Origin: Pirellulaceae bacterium
GTDB taxonomy: Bacteria > Planctomycetota > Planctomycetia > Pirellulales > Pirellulaceae
Assembly: GCA_019636385.1 (NCBI GenBank)
Contig: JAHBXT010000005.1
Span: 215,925-279,924, forward strand
DNA length: 64,000 nucleotides
Reading direction: 5' to 3'
Shown piece by piece: positions 39,704 through 49,160 of this stretch. Made by a program: the position numbers and the translations under genes. Numbering within the stretch: position 1 is the stretch's first letter; each line of letters begins with the position of its first letter. The notes beneath the pieces are model-generated. The model did not search any database and was not told the origin of the DNA. It saw only the letters and a program-made list of their open reading frames with translations.

Positions 39704-40816
39704 ATGCATTCAACCGACCTGCGTCGCGATCATATTCATGGGTTGATGATGGGTGTAGCCATCGGAGACGCGCTGGGCGGTTCGCGACAAGAAATGTCAC
39801 GAAGGTTGGGGCTGAAGATCTACGGACGCAAGCCACTGCGGTATACAACCCTTAGTGGGGCTGGTCTACCGGGTCCAAATACCGGCCTCATGCTGATGGC
39901 AGCCCAGGCCATCGTTTGTTCAGGTGTGACAAGCGATAATTTTGTCGGCAGCTATCAACAGCGCCTGTCTTGGTATCCGCTCAGCTTTCCAATTGGCATC
40001 GGTCCGGCAACTCTGGTGGCTGCCTTAAAATCATGGTTACGGCTATTTAAGCTTCCCAGTGGAGTGAATTCTACGGGTAACGATCCTGCGACGCGGGCGA
40101 TCTTTGTGGCACTGGCTTTGGATCGCGCTGGTCCGCGATTTAAGAAGTGGGTTGAACTGAGTACTCGTATCACACATTCGCATCCTCTGGCAGTCGATGG
40201 TTGTGTGGTGTTGGCCAGTTTGGCCGAGCAAATCATCGACCAGCATGATGCATTCGACGCTCACGATGCCTGTTGCAAATTGGCGTCGTTTTCCTCCCAG
40301 CCGGAACTCAAGGAGCGCCTGGCTCAGCTGCCAGCCCTCCTGGAACAGAATTACAGTTGCATGCGCGTAGCCAATCAATTTGGCTGGCATACGCACATCA
40401 GTGACCATATTGTTCCGACTGCTGTGATGGCCTCGTATTGCTTCCTGCGCCACAGCCGAAACTTCCGCACCGCAGTGCAATCGGCAATTCGCCTCGGCGG
40501 CGACACCAGTTCGATGGGTGCTATCGTTGGCGGCTTGTCTGGAGCCTTGCTGGGTATAGGCGAGATTCCCGCAGTGTGGGTCGACAAGATCTCCGATTTC
40601 GCTTACGGTCCGACCTGGATGACACGCATGGCGCGTAGATTGTCGCATTGGCCGCATGGCGTCGATGATCTGTATGCTCCACCGGCTGAAGCGGTAGCGC
40701 CCTTTGAGCAGACTACTTTGAACCTGCTGCGCGTACCATTGATTCTGGCCAATCGACTTCGCCGCCTGCCCTGCCAATTAATTACGAGAACTCAGCCGCG
40801 GCGCTTGCGCCGCTGA
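39704..40816 (+). CDS. ADP-ribosylglycohydrolase family protein with degenerate active site
   Basis: GVAIGDALG, STGN..R, RITH, LGGDT..GAIVG. Confidence 0.85.
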   Translation: MHSTDLRRDHIHGLMMGVAIGDALGGSRQEMSRRLGLKIYGRKPLRYTTLSGAGLPGPNTGLMLMAAQAIVCSGVTSDNFVGSYQQRLSWYPLSFPIGIGPATLVAALKSWLRLFKLPSGVNSTGNDPATRAIFVALALDRAGPRFKKWVELSTRITHSHPLAVDGCVVLASLAEQIIDQHDAFDAHDACCKLASFSSQPELKERLAQLPALLEQNYSCMRVANQFGWHTHISDHIVPTAVMASYCFLRHSRNFRTAVQSAIRLGGDTSSMGAIVGGLSGALLGIGEIPAVWVDKISDFAYGPTWMTRMARRLSHWPHGVDDLYAPPAEAVAPFEQTTLNLLRVPLILANRLRRLPCQLITRTQPRRLRR

Positions 40817-40925
40817 AGGCTTAGTGTGCGGTCCATAAGTGACGTTCGTCGCTAGGCAGTGGATGAGCTGGGGTTCCAGCGAATGACGACCATGCCTACT
40901 GCCACTGGCACATTGGCTGCTGCAC

Positions 40926-41447
40926 TCAAAAGCCGATGCCACCGTATTCGCCTTTGTCCTTTACTGGCCTTTGAACCAGACAAACGCACTGCGCCTGAAT
41001 AATCAGTCCCTGGCCAACCGGACCGGTGGCCTCTCCGGTCTTGCTCTTGACGCTTATTTGATTGGCTCCCAGTACAAGTATTTCGGCGAGGCGTGCTTGC
41101 ATGCGGTCGCGGTGTGGCAGCATCTTGGGCTGTTCCGCGTGAATGACACAGTCCAAATTGGCGATCCGCCACCCCAAGCTGAGTACTCGATGAGCGGCTG
41201 CCGATAACATGTCGGCAGAGTCTTGTCCTCGATGTTGTGGATCAGTATCGGGGAACATTTCGCCGATATCCCCCAAAGCCACTGCGCCCAAAAGCGCATC
41301 GGTTATGGCGTGTAACAAGACGTCGGCATCGCTGTGACCATCCAGCCGCTTGTCGAAGTCGATGTCAACTCCTCCAATTCGCAAAGGTCCGCCGCTAATC
41401 AAACGATGGGTGTCGTGTCCCACGCCCACTCGATACTCAGTTGACAT
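40926..41447 (-). CDS. ispF: 2-C-methyl-D-erythritol 2,4-cyclodiphosphate synthase
   Basis: VGVGHDTH, GHSDADVLLHAITDALLGA, ISVKSKTGE. Confidence 0.97.
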   Translation of the reverse strand: MSTEYRVGVGHDTHRLISGGPLRIGGVDIDFDKRLDGHSDADVLLHAITDALLGAVALGDIGEMFPDTDPQHRGQDSADMLSAAAHRVLSLGWRIANLDCVIHAEQPKMLPHRDRMQARLAEILVLGANQISVKSKTGEATGPVGQGLIIQAQCVCLVQRPVKDKGEYGGIGF

Positions 41448-41748
41448 CGCAATCGGTCTCCTAAAGTCAACCAGTCACTCAGGATCAGCCGTCGCCCTGT
41501 GTGGGCGTAACGCTGAATGGCCGCGGCCCATTATACCAGCTTCCAGCGACCACTGCTTATGTACGGTCCAGCTGAAATCATTGTGGCTTCCGTCGCCTGA
41601 CGCCGGATGAGCTGATCAGCCGCCGTCTGGTGACAGGAACTACAAGTGTGTTGATATAGGCCGCTGGCTGACAGCGGTGGGGAGTTTGCATTCTGGGAGG
41701 TGGCACTATGATATGGCGTCCTCAACCACCATCGCATGTCGAGTCCGT

Positions 41749-42801
41749 ATGGCTATCATCGAAATCCAAGACCTGACTAAATCGTATCGTGTCTACCAGA
41801 AGCGTGAGGGATTGGCCGCAGCCGTGCGCGGGCTTTTTCGCCGGCAGTATCGCACCGTCGAGGCGGTGCGTGGCATCAATCTGCAAGTTCAGCAAGGTGA
41901 ATTCGTCGCTTTTCTTGGTCCCAACGGGGCTGGTAAGACAACCACGCTCAAGTTGCTGTCGGGGGTAATCTATCCCACGAGCGGGACGGCCAAAGTCATG
42001 GGCTATGTTCCCTGGGACCGCTCGAACGCCTACCGCAGTCGTTTCGCGCTGGTCATGGGACAAAAGAATCAGTTGTGGTGGGACTTGCCCAGCCAAGAAT
42101 CGTTTCGGCTGCATCAACAAATTTACCGCATTCATCCCGACCAATTTCGCCGGACGCTGGATGAGTTGACGGAACTGTTAAGCGTCCGGGCGTTGCTGGG
42201 GCGGCCGGTGCGTGAGCTGTCATTGGGCGAGCGGATGAAGATGGAATTGATCGCGGCCCTGTTGCATTCGCCTGATGTGTTGTTCCTGGACGAACCGACG
42301 ATCGGTTTGGACGTCGTAGCCCAACACAATATTCAGCAGTTCCTGCGGTTCTATCAGGAGCAGCGCCAGATCACGATCCTGCTGACTAGTCACTACATGA
42401 AGGACATCGCCGCACTGTGCCGCCGCCTGGTGGTCATCACGGATGGTGCCATTAAGTTCGATGGTTCGCTCAGCCAAGTCATCGACAATTTCAGTTCGAC
42501 CCGCTTAGTGCGGATTCGCGTGGCCGAAGGCCAATTGGTCGAAGGTATCGAGCGATTTGCCAATGTCGAGTCCATTGAGTTGCCGAAAGTCACCCTTCGC
42601 TGCCCGCGCACCGCTGTGGCCCAAGTGTTAGCGCAACTGTTGGCCAATTACCAGATCGAAGATGTTGCCGTCGAGGACCCGCCGCTGGAAGAGGTGATCT
42701 CGCGCCTGTTTCAACAGGACCAGAGTGTGGGTTCCAATTCAAGGCTCTCCAACTCGTGCGAGCATGATCTGGCCGGCGCTGGACAGGAATCGCGCCAATG
42801 A
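41749..42801 (+). CDS. ABC transporter ATP-binding protein
   Basis: GPNGAGKTT, LSLGERMK, VLFLDEPT, LTSH. Confidence 0.95.
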   Translation: MAIIEIQDLTKSYRVYQKREGLAAAVRGLFRRQYRTVEAVRGINLQVQQGEFVAFLGPNGAGKTTTLKLLSGVIYPTSGTAKVMGYVPWDRSNAYRSRFALVMGQKNQLWWDLPSQESFRLHQQIYRIHPDQFRRTLDELTELLSVRALLGRPVRELSLGERMKMELIAALLHSPDVLFLDEPTIGLDVVAQHNIQQFLRFYQEQRQITILLTSHYMKDIAALCRRLVVITDGAIKFDGSLSQVIDNFSSTRLVRIRVAEGQLVEGIERFANVESIELPKVTLRCPRTAVAQVLAQLLANYQIEDVAVEDPPLEEVISRLFQQDQSVGSNSRLSNSCEHDLAGAGQESRQ

Positions 42802-43682
42802 GTTCGAAAGCTTCAAACGCGACAGTAGGCGCCGAGTTCGGTCCGCAGGGGCAATTGGGGCGCTTTCTGTGCTGGTGGACGATTTTTCGCATTGCATTGG
42901 AAGAGCGACTGGCCTACCGCGGCGATTTTGCTTTAGGCACCTTAATGCGTTTTCTGCCCATCGTTACACAGGTGTTCCTGTGGTGGGCTATTTTTGAATC
43001 GGTCAGCGGAGGCGCGGCTTCAGGGCGCATGGTGGGCTACAGCTTTCATGATATGATCGCCTATTACTTGCTGAGCATGTTAGCACGTGCTTTTTCAAGT
43101 ATGCCGGGCTTGGCATCCTACGTGGCCAAACAGATTCGCGATGGTGAAATCAAGAAGTATTTGACACAGCCCATCGATATGCTTGGGTTCTTGTTGCTGG
43201 GTCGCACCGCACACAAGGTGGCCTATTACACGGTTGCCGCCCTACCCTTTGCCCTGGTCTTTTTTCTGTGCCGCCAATATTTTGTGGGTGGCTGGCCGGC
43301 TCCAGATGTGCTTCTGGCATTCGCGATTTCACTGGTTATGGGGTTCCTGTTGGGATTCTTGCTGGACTTGTGCATCGGTTTGGTTGGCTTCTGGTTCTTG
43401 GAAGTCAGTTCGTTGCTGTTCGTGTACATGCTGCTGAACTTCTTTTTATCAGGTCACATGTTTCCACTGGACCTGTTACCTGACCCCTGGAAGAGCTGGG
43501 TGGATGTCCTGCCGTTCAAGTACTTGGCCTATTTTCCGGCTGCCGTGTTCCTGGGGAAGATTCCGCCCGAAGCGTTGTGGCGCGAAATGGCTCTGGAGGC
43601 TGGCTGGTTGATCGCGCTCATTGTATTGGCGCGCTGCATGTACGCTCGTGGACTCAGGAGGTACAGCGGCTATGGAGGATAG
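42798..43682 (+). CDS. ABC-2 family (DUF990-like) permease
   Basis: IRDGEIKKYLTQP, LSGHMFPLDLLP; overlaps the ATPase stop codon. Confidence 0.88.
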   Translation: MSSKASNATVGAEFGPQGQLGRFLCWWTIFRIALEERLAYRGDFALGTLMRFLPIVTQVFLWWAIFESVSGGAASGRMVGYSFHDMIAYYLLSMLARAFSSMPGLASYVAKQIRDGEIKKYLTQPIDMLGFLLLGRTAHKVAYYTVAALPFALVFFLCRQYFVGGWPAPDVLLAFAISLVMGFLLGFLLDLCIGLVGFWFLEVSSLLFVYMLLNFFLSGHMFPLDLLPDPWKSWVDVLPFKYLAYFPAAVFLGKIPPEALWREMALEAGWLIALIVLARCMYARGLRRYSGYGG

Positions 43683-44562
43683 TCGTTCCCGGATACCAGC
43701 GGATCGAGGTTTTCGGCATCCGGATTACTGGCGTGTCTACCAGATGTTCGTCCGCAATTCGCTGGTGCGTGACATGATGTTCCGCGCCAACTTCTTGATC
43801 GAAGTAGTTTCCAGCGCGGCTTGGTCGGTGATGAATATCGGCTTCTATTGGCTGATCTTCGAGCACACTCAGTCGATAGGTCAAGGCACGGGTTGGGGGC
43901 GCAGCGAATTCTTCGTGTTCATGGGAACAACTTGGATCATCAACGCGCTGATGCAGGCGCTGTTTATGCCCAATTCCGAAGAGTTCAGCGAGCTGATCCG
44001 TACCGGCGGCCTGGACTTTGCCTTGCTGAAGCCTATCGACACTCAGTTCCTAATTTCATTGCGCAAACTGAACTGGCCTAGTCTAGTCAATGTGCTGGTG
44101 GGGGCAGTGTTGATCGCAATCAGTTTGTATCAACTGTCCGCCCGCAGTCCGAATCCGTGGCATTTCCAGCCATCCATTCTGGTGTTGTACCCGCTGTATA
44201 TCGGATGCGGCGTGGCGGTGATGTACAGCCTAATGATCTGTCTGGCCTCGACCAGCGTGTGGTTGGGACGCAATCAGACACTGTACGATTTTTGGTTTTA
44301 TATTACCAATTTTTCGCGGTATCCCATGGAAATCTATCAACGTGGCTGGGGGATGCCACTGTACTACATTTTTACGTTCGCGATTCCGGTGCTGGTGGTT
44401 GTCAATGTGCCGGCGCGGCTGCTGGCACAGCCGCTGACGCCGCGCGCCGATTGGGAATGGCCATTGGCCGGATTCACACTGTTGGCCACGGCAGCTTCAC
44501 TTGCTATTAGCCGCTGGGTATTCAACCGCTCCTTGCGTGCCTATCGTAGCGCCAGTAGTTGA
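43672..44562 (+). CDS. ABC-2 family (DUF990-like) permease
   Basis: YR..FL, IRTGGLDFALLKP, RYPMEIY; SD AGGAGG. Confidence 0.88.
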   Translation: MEDSRSRIPADRGFRHPDYWRVYQMFVRNSLVRDMMFRANFLIEVVSSAAWSVMNIGFYWLIFEHTQSIGQGTGWGRSEFFVFMGTTWIINALMQALFMPNSEEFSELIRTGGLDFALLKPIDTQFLISLRKLNWPSLVNVLVGAVLIAISLYQLSARSPNPWHFQPSILVLYPLYIGCGVAVMYSLMICLASTSVWLGRNQTLYDFWFYITNFSRYPMEIYQRGWGMPLYYIFTFAIPVLVVVNVPARLLAQPLTPRADWEWPLAGFTLLATAASLAISRWVFNRSLRAYRSASS

Positions 44563-44589
44563 TAACTGGTCGCTGGTCCGGATTTGTAG

Positions 44590-45807
44590 CTAGCGTTGGC
44601 CGAACTTGCGCGATTTACCTTGAACGCGGTAGGGCAAGCCTTGGATGCGCAGGAAGCCCTCGGCGTCGTCCTGATTGTAGCTACCACCGGATTCCATGGT
44701 GGCGATGCCTTCGTCGTACAAGCTATTGGGACTGCTACGCTCCAGCACGATGACGTTGCCTTTGTACAGTCGCAACCTAACCTGACCAGTGACCACTTGG
44801 TGCGACTGACGAATGAAGGCCATGAGCGCATCCATCTTGGCCGAATACCAATAGCCATAGTAAACCATTTCGGCAATCATCGGTGACAGGCTATCGCGGA
44901 GGTGAACCAAGTCGCGATCGAGCGTCAGTTGTTCGACATGCTTGGCTGCTTCATACAACAGCGTCATCCCTGGAGCTTCATACACACCGCGACTTTTCAT
45001 GCCGACAAAGCGGTTTTCGATAACGTCGATGCGCCCCACGCCGTTCCGTCCGCCAATGAGGTTCAACTGCGATACCGTTTCCAGCGCCGAACAGCGCTGG
45101 CCGTTGACTGAGACTGGCATGCCAGATTCAAAGCCAATGGAGACTTCCTCACCTTTGTCTGGTGCCTGTTGAGGACTGACGGTCATCGTAAAATCCACTA
45201 GATCAACTCCGCAAACATCCAGCCTTTCAAGTTCGCCGGCTTCGTAACTGATATGCAACACATTTTCGTCCGAGGAGTAAGGCTTTTTGGCGGTTGCCTT
45301 GACGGGGATGTTGCGCTGTTGGCAGTAAGCGATCATTTCTGTCCTGCCTGGAAATGAGTCACGCCACTCGCGAGTTCTCCAGGGTGCATAAACGGTGATA
45401 TCTGGACGTAGGGCTTCAGCCGCCAATTGAAAGCGGCATTGATCGTTTCCCTTGCCCGTGGCACCGTGAGCGTAAACTTGAGCACCTACTTCGTCGGCTA
45501 CTTCGAGCATCTTCTTGGAGATCAACGGACGAGCAATGCTGGTGCCCAACAAATACGGCCCTTCGTATTTGGCTTGCCACATCAGGCATGGAAAGGCAAA
45601 ATCGCGGCACAGCTCTTCTCGCGCGTCGATCATCCGCACGCTTTTGGCACCGATGCTCTGTGCTTTGTCCTTCATTTGCTGTCGGTCTTCACCGGGTTGA
45701 CCCAAGTCTACGTACACGGCATGCACTTCGTAGCCGCGCTCGATCAACCAGCTCAACATGCACGAAGTATCCAGTCCTCCGGAATAAGCCAACACACAAA
45801 CCGTCAT
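44590..45807 (-). CDS. argG: Argininosuccinate synthase
   Basis: AYSGGLDTS, GTSIARP, HGATGKGNDQCRF, YSSDEN, KSRGVYEAPG. Confidence 0.97.
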   Translation of the reverse strand: MTVCVLAYSGGLDTSCMLSWLIERGYEVHAVYVDLGQPGEDRQQMKDKAQSIGAKSVRMIDAREELCRDFAFPCLMWQAKYEGPYLLGTSIARPLISKKMLEVADEVGAQVYAHGATGKGNDQCRFQLAAEALRPDITVYAPWRTREWRDSFPGRTEMIAYCQQRNIPVKATAKKPYSSDENVLHISYEAGELERLDVCGVDLVDFTMTVSPQQAPDKGEEVSIGFESGMPVSVNGQRCSALETVSQLNLIGGRNGVGRIDVIENRFVGMKSRGVYEAPGMTLLYEAAKHVEQLTLDRDLVHLRDSLSPMIAEMVYYGYWYSAKMDALMAFIRQSHQVVTGQVRLRLYKGNVIVLERSSPNSLYDEGIATMESGGSYNQDDAEGFLRIQGLPYRVQGKSRKFGQR

Positions 45808-45993
45808 CGCTTTGCAGCCTCTCTGTGGTTAATGATCAATGAAAGTCACTTGGTTGTGATCCGCCCATGCATGGTCGTTCGTTAACCACCGCACGCAGAT
45901 TCGTATTTAGTAACACGTAGCAGCGTTTTTTGCCTTGCAATCCAGCTCAAGATTCTCACTGCAACTGCGGCTTTGTCAATGATTGCCAGAGTC

Positions 45994-47091
45994 TCATACA
46001 TCAAACCATAGAATGCGCTGCGGCCAAACGGATATTGTTACCGTCTGTCCCGTCGCGATTGTGCCGCTGGCAGCAAGTGCCATCAGGCGCTGGCTGCCGA
46101 TTCTGCCAAAAATTAATTGCGCAAATCCCACGGATTGGACCTGTTGGACCTGTACCACAAGTGTTATCGGTAACAGCACATCTGGCGAACTCGCTTGATG
46201 CGATGGATTCAGCTGCTTTGCCAGTGCCCTTGCGGTAGCACTTGGGGGAGCTTGGAAGTTCAGTGCGCAGCAGCCAATCAGACAGTGCTCGGGGCGTATG
46301 GCGGCCGCCAGGCCAGTTCGCGATGCTAATCTTGTTATGGCGGCAAATTCCGGTACATCTGCGGGAAGTTGGTTGATACCCCATGGGCTGAGCAACTCAG
46401 CGACTCGCAGCGAACGCGGGTGGTCGTACACCTGTTGAGAACGATCCAGTTGTAGTACACGACCTTGATCCAGTACCGCCAAGTGGGTTGCCACACGCAT
46501 CGCTTCTTGAGCGTTATGCGTTACCCAGCACCAAGACATTTGGTATTCTTCGCTGAGCGCTAATAGACGGTCAATCAATTGCTCACGCAGCCCACCATCC
46601 AGTTGACTCAGTGGCTCGTCTAGCAGTAGTACATCCGGACGCCTGATTAGCGCTTTGGCCAGGGCGACTCGCTGTGCCTGTCCGCCCGAAATTTGACTGG
46701 GAAGTCGCCGCATTAGCGAGCCGATATCAAATTGCTCGGCGGCCTGATCGATGCGAGCGTCAATCTCATGTCGCGGAACATTGGCGTGCTGCAGGGCAAT
46801 TCGCAGGTTGTGTCGAACATCTAATTGTGGATAGAGCGCGTAGTCTTGGCTGACCCAGGCGATATTGCGCTTGGCCGTCGGAATCGACTGCATTGGCTGG
46901 CCGCGGAGATGAACTTGCCCGCACGCAGGTACGAGCAACCCGGTCATGACTCGCAGCAGAGTCGACTTGCCCGCCCCACTGACTCCCAACACAGCTAGCC
47001 GCTGGCCACGCTCAAGTTTCAGGTTGATTCCCCTGAGAACAGTTGAGCCAGATAGGGTCGCGTCGACTTCAGTCAATTCGACAACTGCCAT
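45994..47091 (-). CDS. MalK/PotA-like ABC ATP-binding protein (no adjacent permease)
   Basis: GVSGAGKST, ISGGQAQRVALA, LLLDEPLS; TOBE-like C-terminus. Confidence 0.9.
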   Translation of the reverse strand: MAVVELTEVDATLSGSTVLRGINLKLERGQRLAVLGVSGAGKSTLLRVMTGLLVPACGQVHLRGQPMQSIPTAKRNIAWVSQDYALYPQLDVRHNLRIALQHANVPRHEIDARIDQAAEQFDIGSLMRRLPSQISGGQAQRVALAKALIRRPDVLLLDEPLSQLDGGLREQLIDRLLALSEEYQMSWCWVTHNAQEAMRVATHLAVLDQGRVLQLDRSQQVYDHPRSLRVAELLSPWGINQLPADVPEFAAITRLASRTGLAAAIRPEHCLIGCCALNFQAPPSATARALAKQLNPSHQASSPDVLLPITLVVQVQQVQSVGFAQLIFGRIGSQRLMALAASGTIATGQTVTISVWPQRILWFDV

Positions 47092-47286
47092 TTCCGGGGT
47101 TATTCCTGTTGTTATCGGTAAGACCAGTACAGTCGTCAATTCAGTCAGGTCAAGGACTATTGAATTCCAGTTGGTTTGTTGCCACCGTGCAGAGCGCCGC
47201 AGTCATCAGCCGAAAGTACACCCTGAGTGGGCTCAATGGATTGAGCCTGACACAGCCCAGAGCTCAGATTCCGAGGGACCGGAAGG

Positions 47287-48069
47287 ATGAGAATGATGGT
47301 GACCATGCGCCACGGCTTCGTCAAGCTGCTGGGCATCTGCTTTTTCCTGAGTTTGTCGGATGGGCTGACGGCCCAGACGCTGATTCGCAACGCTAGCTAC
47401 AGTGTGGCTGCGCTGCAACCTGCACCGGTGCTTAGACTGGTGGTTCAGGACGAAGCCGAGTTGGCAGGTGTTGTCGCGGGCGATGCTCCTCAGGATGGCA
47501 GCCCCAGCGATTCTACATCGAAGAATGCTGAAATCGTCGCGAACTCCAGTGACAGCGAGGCAGAAAAAAAGCCAGCGCAGCAGTCGCTGGCTCCCCTGCT
47601 CAGCCGTCAACTGAGTCTACAAGTGCAAGCTCCATCGACTGCCAACCAAGAAATTGGCACGGGGCTGGTGCCGCAACCCAAGCAACGGCGGTCCACGGCA
47701 ATCGTGCTACTGCCAGACGGATACGCTCGCGGCATGTATGGTACTCAGGTGTATTGGCGTGCTAGCAACATTCAGCACTTCCCGCTGTATTTTGAAGACG
47801 CCATGCTCGAGCGACATGGTCACAGCCGGTGCCATCACGGTTCGGAATGCCGTCAGTCCATCGTTTCGGGTGTGAAGTTCTTTGGAACCATCCCGCTTCT
47901 GCCCTACCTGCACACATTGCAGCCCAAACATCAATGCGTCTACTCACTGGGACACTATCGATCTGGCAGTGCAGCGCCGTGTTTGCGCGACAGTCTTCCG
48001 TATGACCGACGAGCCGCAATCGTTGAATCTGCCTCCGCTGCCGCTTTCTTCTGGGCTATGCCGCTGTGA
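47287..48069 (+). CDS. Exported hypothetical protein with W.ASN..H.PLYFED..LER.GH motif
   Basis: Signal peptide; low-complexity middle; conserved-looking C-terminal block. Confidence 0.78.
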   Translation: MRMMVTMRHGFVKLLGICFFLSLSDGLTAQTLIRNASYSVAALQPAPVLRLVVQDEAELAGVVAGDAPQDGSPSDSTSKNAEIVANSSDSEAEKKPAQQSLAPLLSRQLSLQVQAPSTANQEIGTGLVPQPKQRRSTAIVLLPDGYARGMYGTQVYWRASNIQHFPLYFEDAMLERHGHSRCHHGSECRQSIVSGVKFFGTIPLLPYLHTLQPKHQCVYSLGHYRSGSAAPCLRDSLPYDRRAAIVESASAAAFFWAMPL

Positions 48070-48156
48070 GCCACAAGCTTTGAAGGCGAGCCACGCGATG
48101 ACATTTGTGCCAGACCGGATAGTCGCGGAGGATTCGCTATGCCATTGAAGCCTGCT

Positions 48157-48366
48157 GTCAGGCGAGGGCACTCCATTGTCAAGAGGAACGAACTTTCTCA
48201 GTCAGCCAAGACCAGTTCTAGCAAACAGCTCTATGTCCTCCCACCTATCGGCACCACACATCACCGCCAGCACCAAGATATCTACAATGTCGTGGTGACG
48301 ACAGCGCTCGATTCGCGGATCTTCAACGATCGACATGCACTCGACCAGCGTTGATTTTGTTATCAT
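48157..48366 (-). pseudogene. ISAs1 transposase N-terminal fragment with in-frame stop
   Basis: TGA at 48204-48202 sits where ISAs1 transposases have Trp (W-L-R-x-F); similarity ends after PSPD. Confidence 0.78.
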
Positions 48367-48481
48367 TCGCCAAGGCTCCCAATGTGATTGTGTTGGACTA
48401 AACAATCAATCACTGCTAGCCTTTACTTTGGCAGCCTCACCTCCAACAATCCTCATTCAATTCCCTAAAGCGTTTGCCCTG
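48157..48481 (-). mobile_element. ISAs1-family (H-repeat) insertion sequence remnant: left end plus truncated transposase
   Basis: CAGGGCAAACGC end at 48481-48470; ATG 48366, then VEDPRIER..HDIVDILVL..CGADRWEDIELF..(TGA)LRKFVPLDNGVPSPD. Confidence 0.8.
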
Positions 48482-48527
48482 AGTTCTGTGTAAGTGAGGT
48501 GTCACTCGCGTTGAAAGTCAAAGTCTG

Positions 48528-49160
48528 TTAATCCGGAGTTAACTGAAGGTCAACGGGTACTCGTAAGGATACTTTCGTGCCTTGGCCTGGCTGCGATTGA
48601 ACTTCCAAATTTCCGTGGATGGCTGCCGCACGGCGCTTCATGCTGGCTAGGCCCAACTGTCCGGCCGCTGGGGTTGAATGCGTATCAAAGCCCCGTCCCT
48701 GGTCGGTGATCTCAAGAAGTATGAATTGGGAGTGCCGCTGCATAGTAACTTGTATGGACGTTGGTCCGGCATGTTGTACCGCGTTCATAACCGCCTGCTG
48801 CAAGATTCGCAAGATCGACCAGGTGACCTCGGTTGATATACCAACGTCGGTGGTGGCATCAACCTGCAACCGGAGCTGCTGAGCTGCCTGTTGAGCCAAC
48901 GGCTCAGCCTTCTGCAGGAATTGGCGAATGCCATCTGTCAGCCCATGAGGCGTTCCCCGGCCCATTCCTTCCAAGAAACCCATCAGGGCGCGCCCTTCTT
49001 CAATGGCATTCCGCAGGCACTGCATAGCCAATTTATATTGATCTGTTTCGGCCGCTTGACGCAGAGTTGCCAATTGCATCTGGGCTCCGTGAAGCCAAGG
49101 CATCAGACCGTCGTGTATTTCGCAGGCCAGCCATTGTAGTGATGTGTCAGGTCTGTTCAT
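48528..49160 (-). CDS. Sensor-less HisKA_3-type histidine kinase
   Basis: CEIHDGL H-box, QQAVMNAVQHA N-box, DQGRGFD, GQLGLASM, GTKV. Confidence 0.9.
   Translation of the reverse strand: MNRPDTSLQWLACEIHDGLMPWLHGAQMQLATLRQAAETDQYKLAMQCLRNAIEEGRALMGFLEGMGRGTPHGLTDGIRQFLQKAEPLAQQAAQQLRLQVDATTDVGISTEVTWSILRILQQAVMNAVQHAGPTSIQVTMQRHSQFILLEITDQGRGFDTHSTPAAGQLGLASMKRRAAAIHGNLEVQSQPGQGTKVSLRVPVDLQLTPD

Noticed and set aside
40043-40777. Long antisense ORFs such as 40043-40777, 51345-51983 and 27639-28277
   Set aside because: They are shadow ORFs opposite well-supported genes, as expected in GC-rich DNA.
41749-44562. ABC ATPase with two different permeases
   Set aside because: This is a widespread, already described ABC-2/DUF990 layout, with nothing unusual beyond an unknown substrate.
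48202-48204. TGA at a conserved Trp position, suggesting stop-codon recoding
   Set aside because: Many intact genes here end in TGA and use TGG for Trp. A single G-to-A change in a dead IS explains it.
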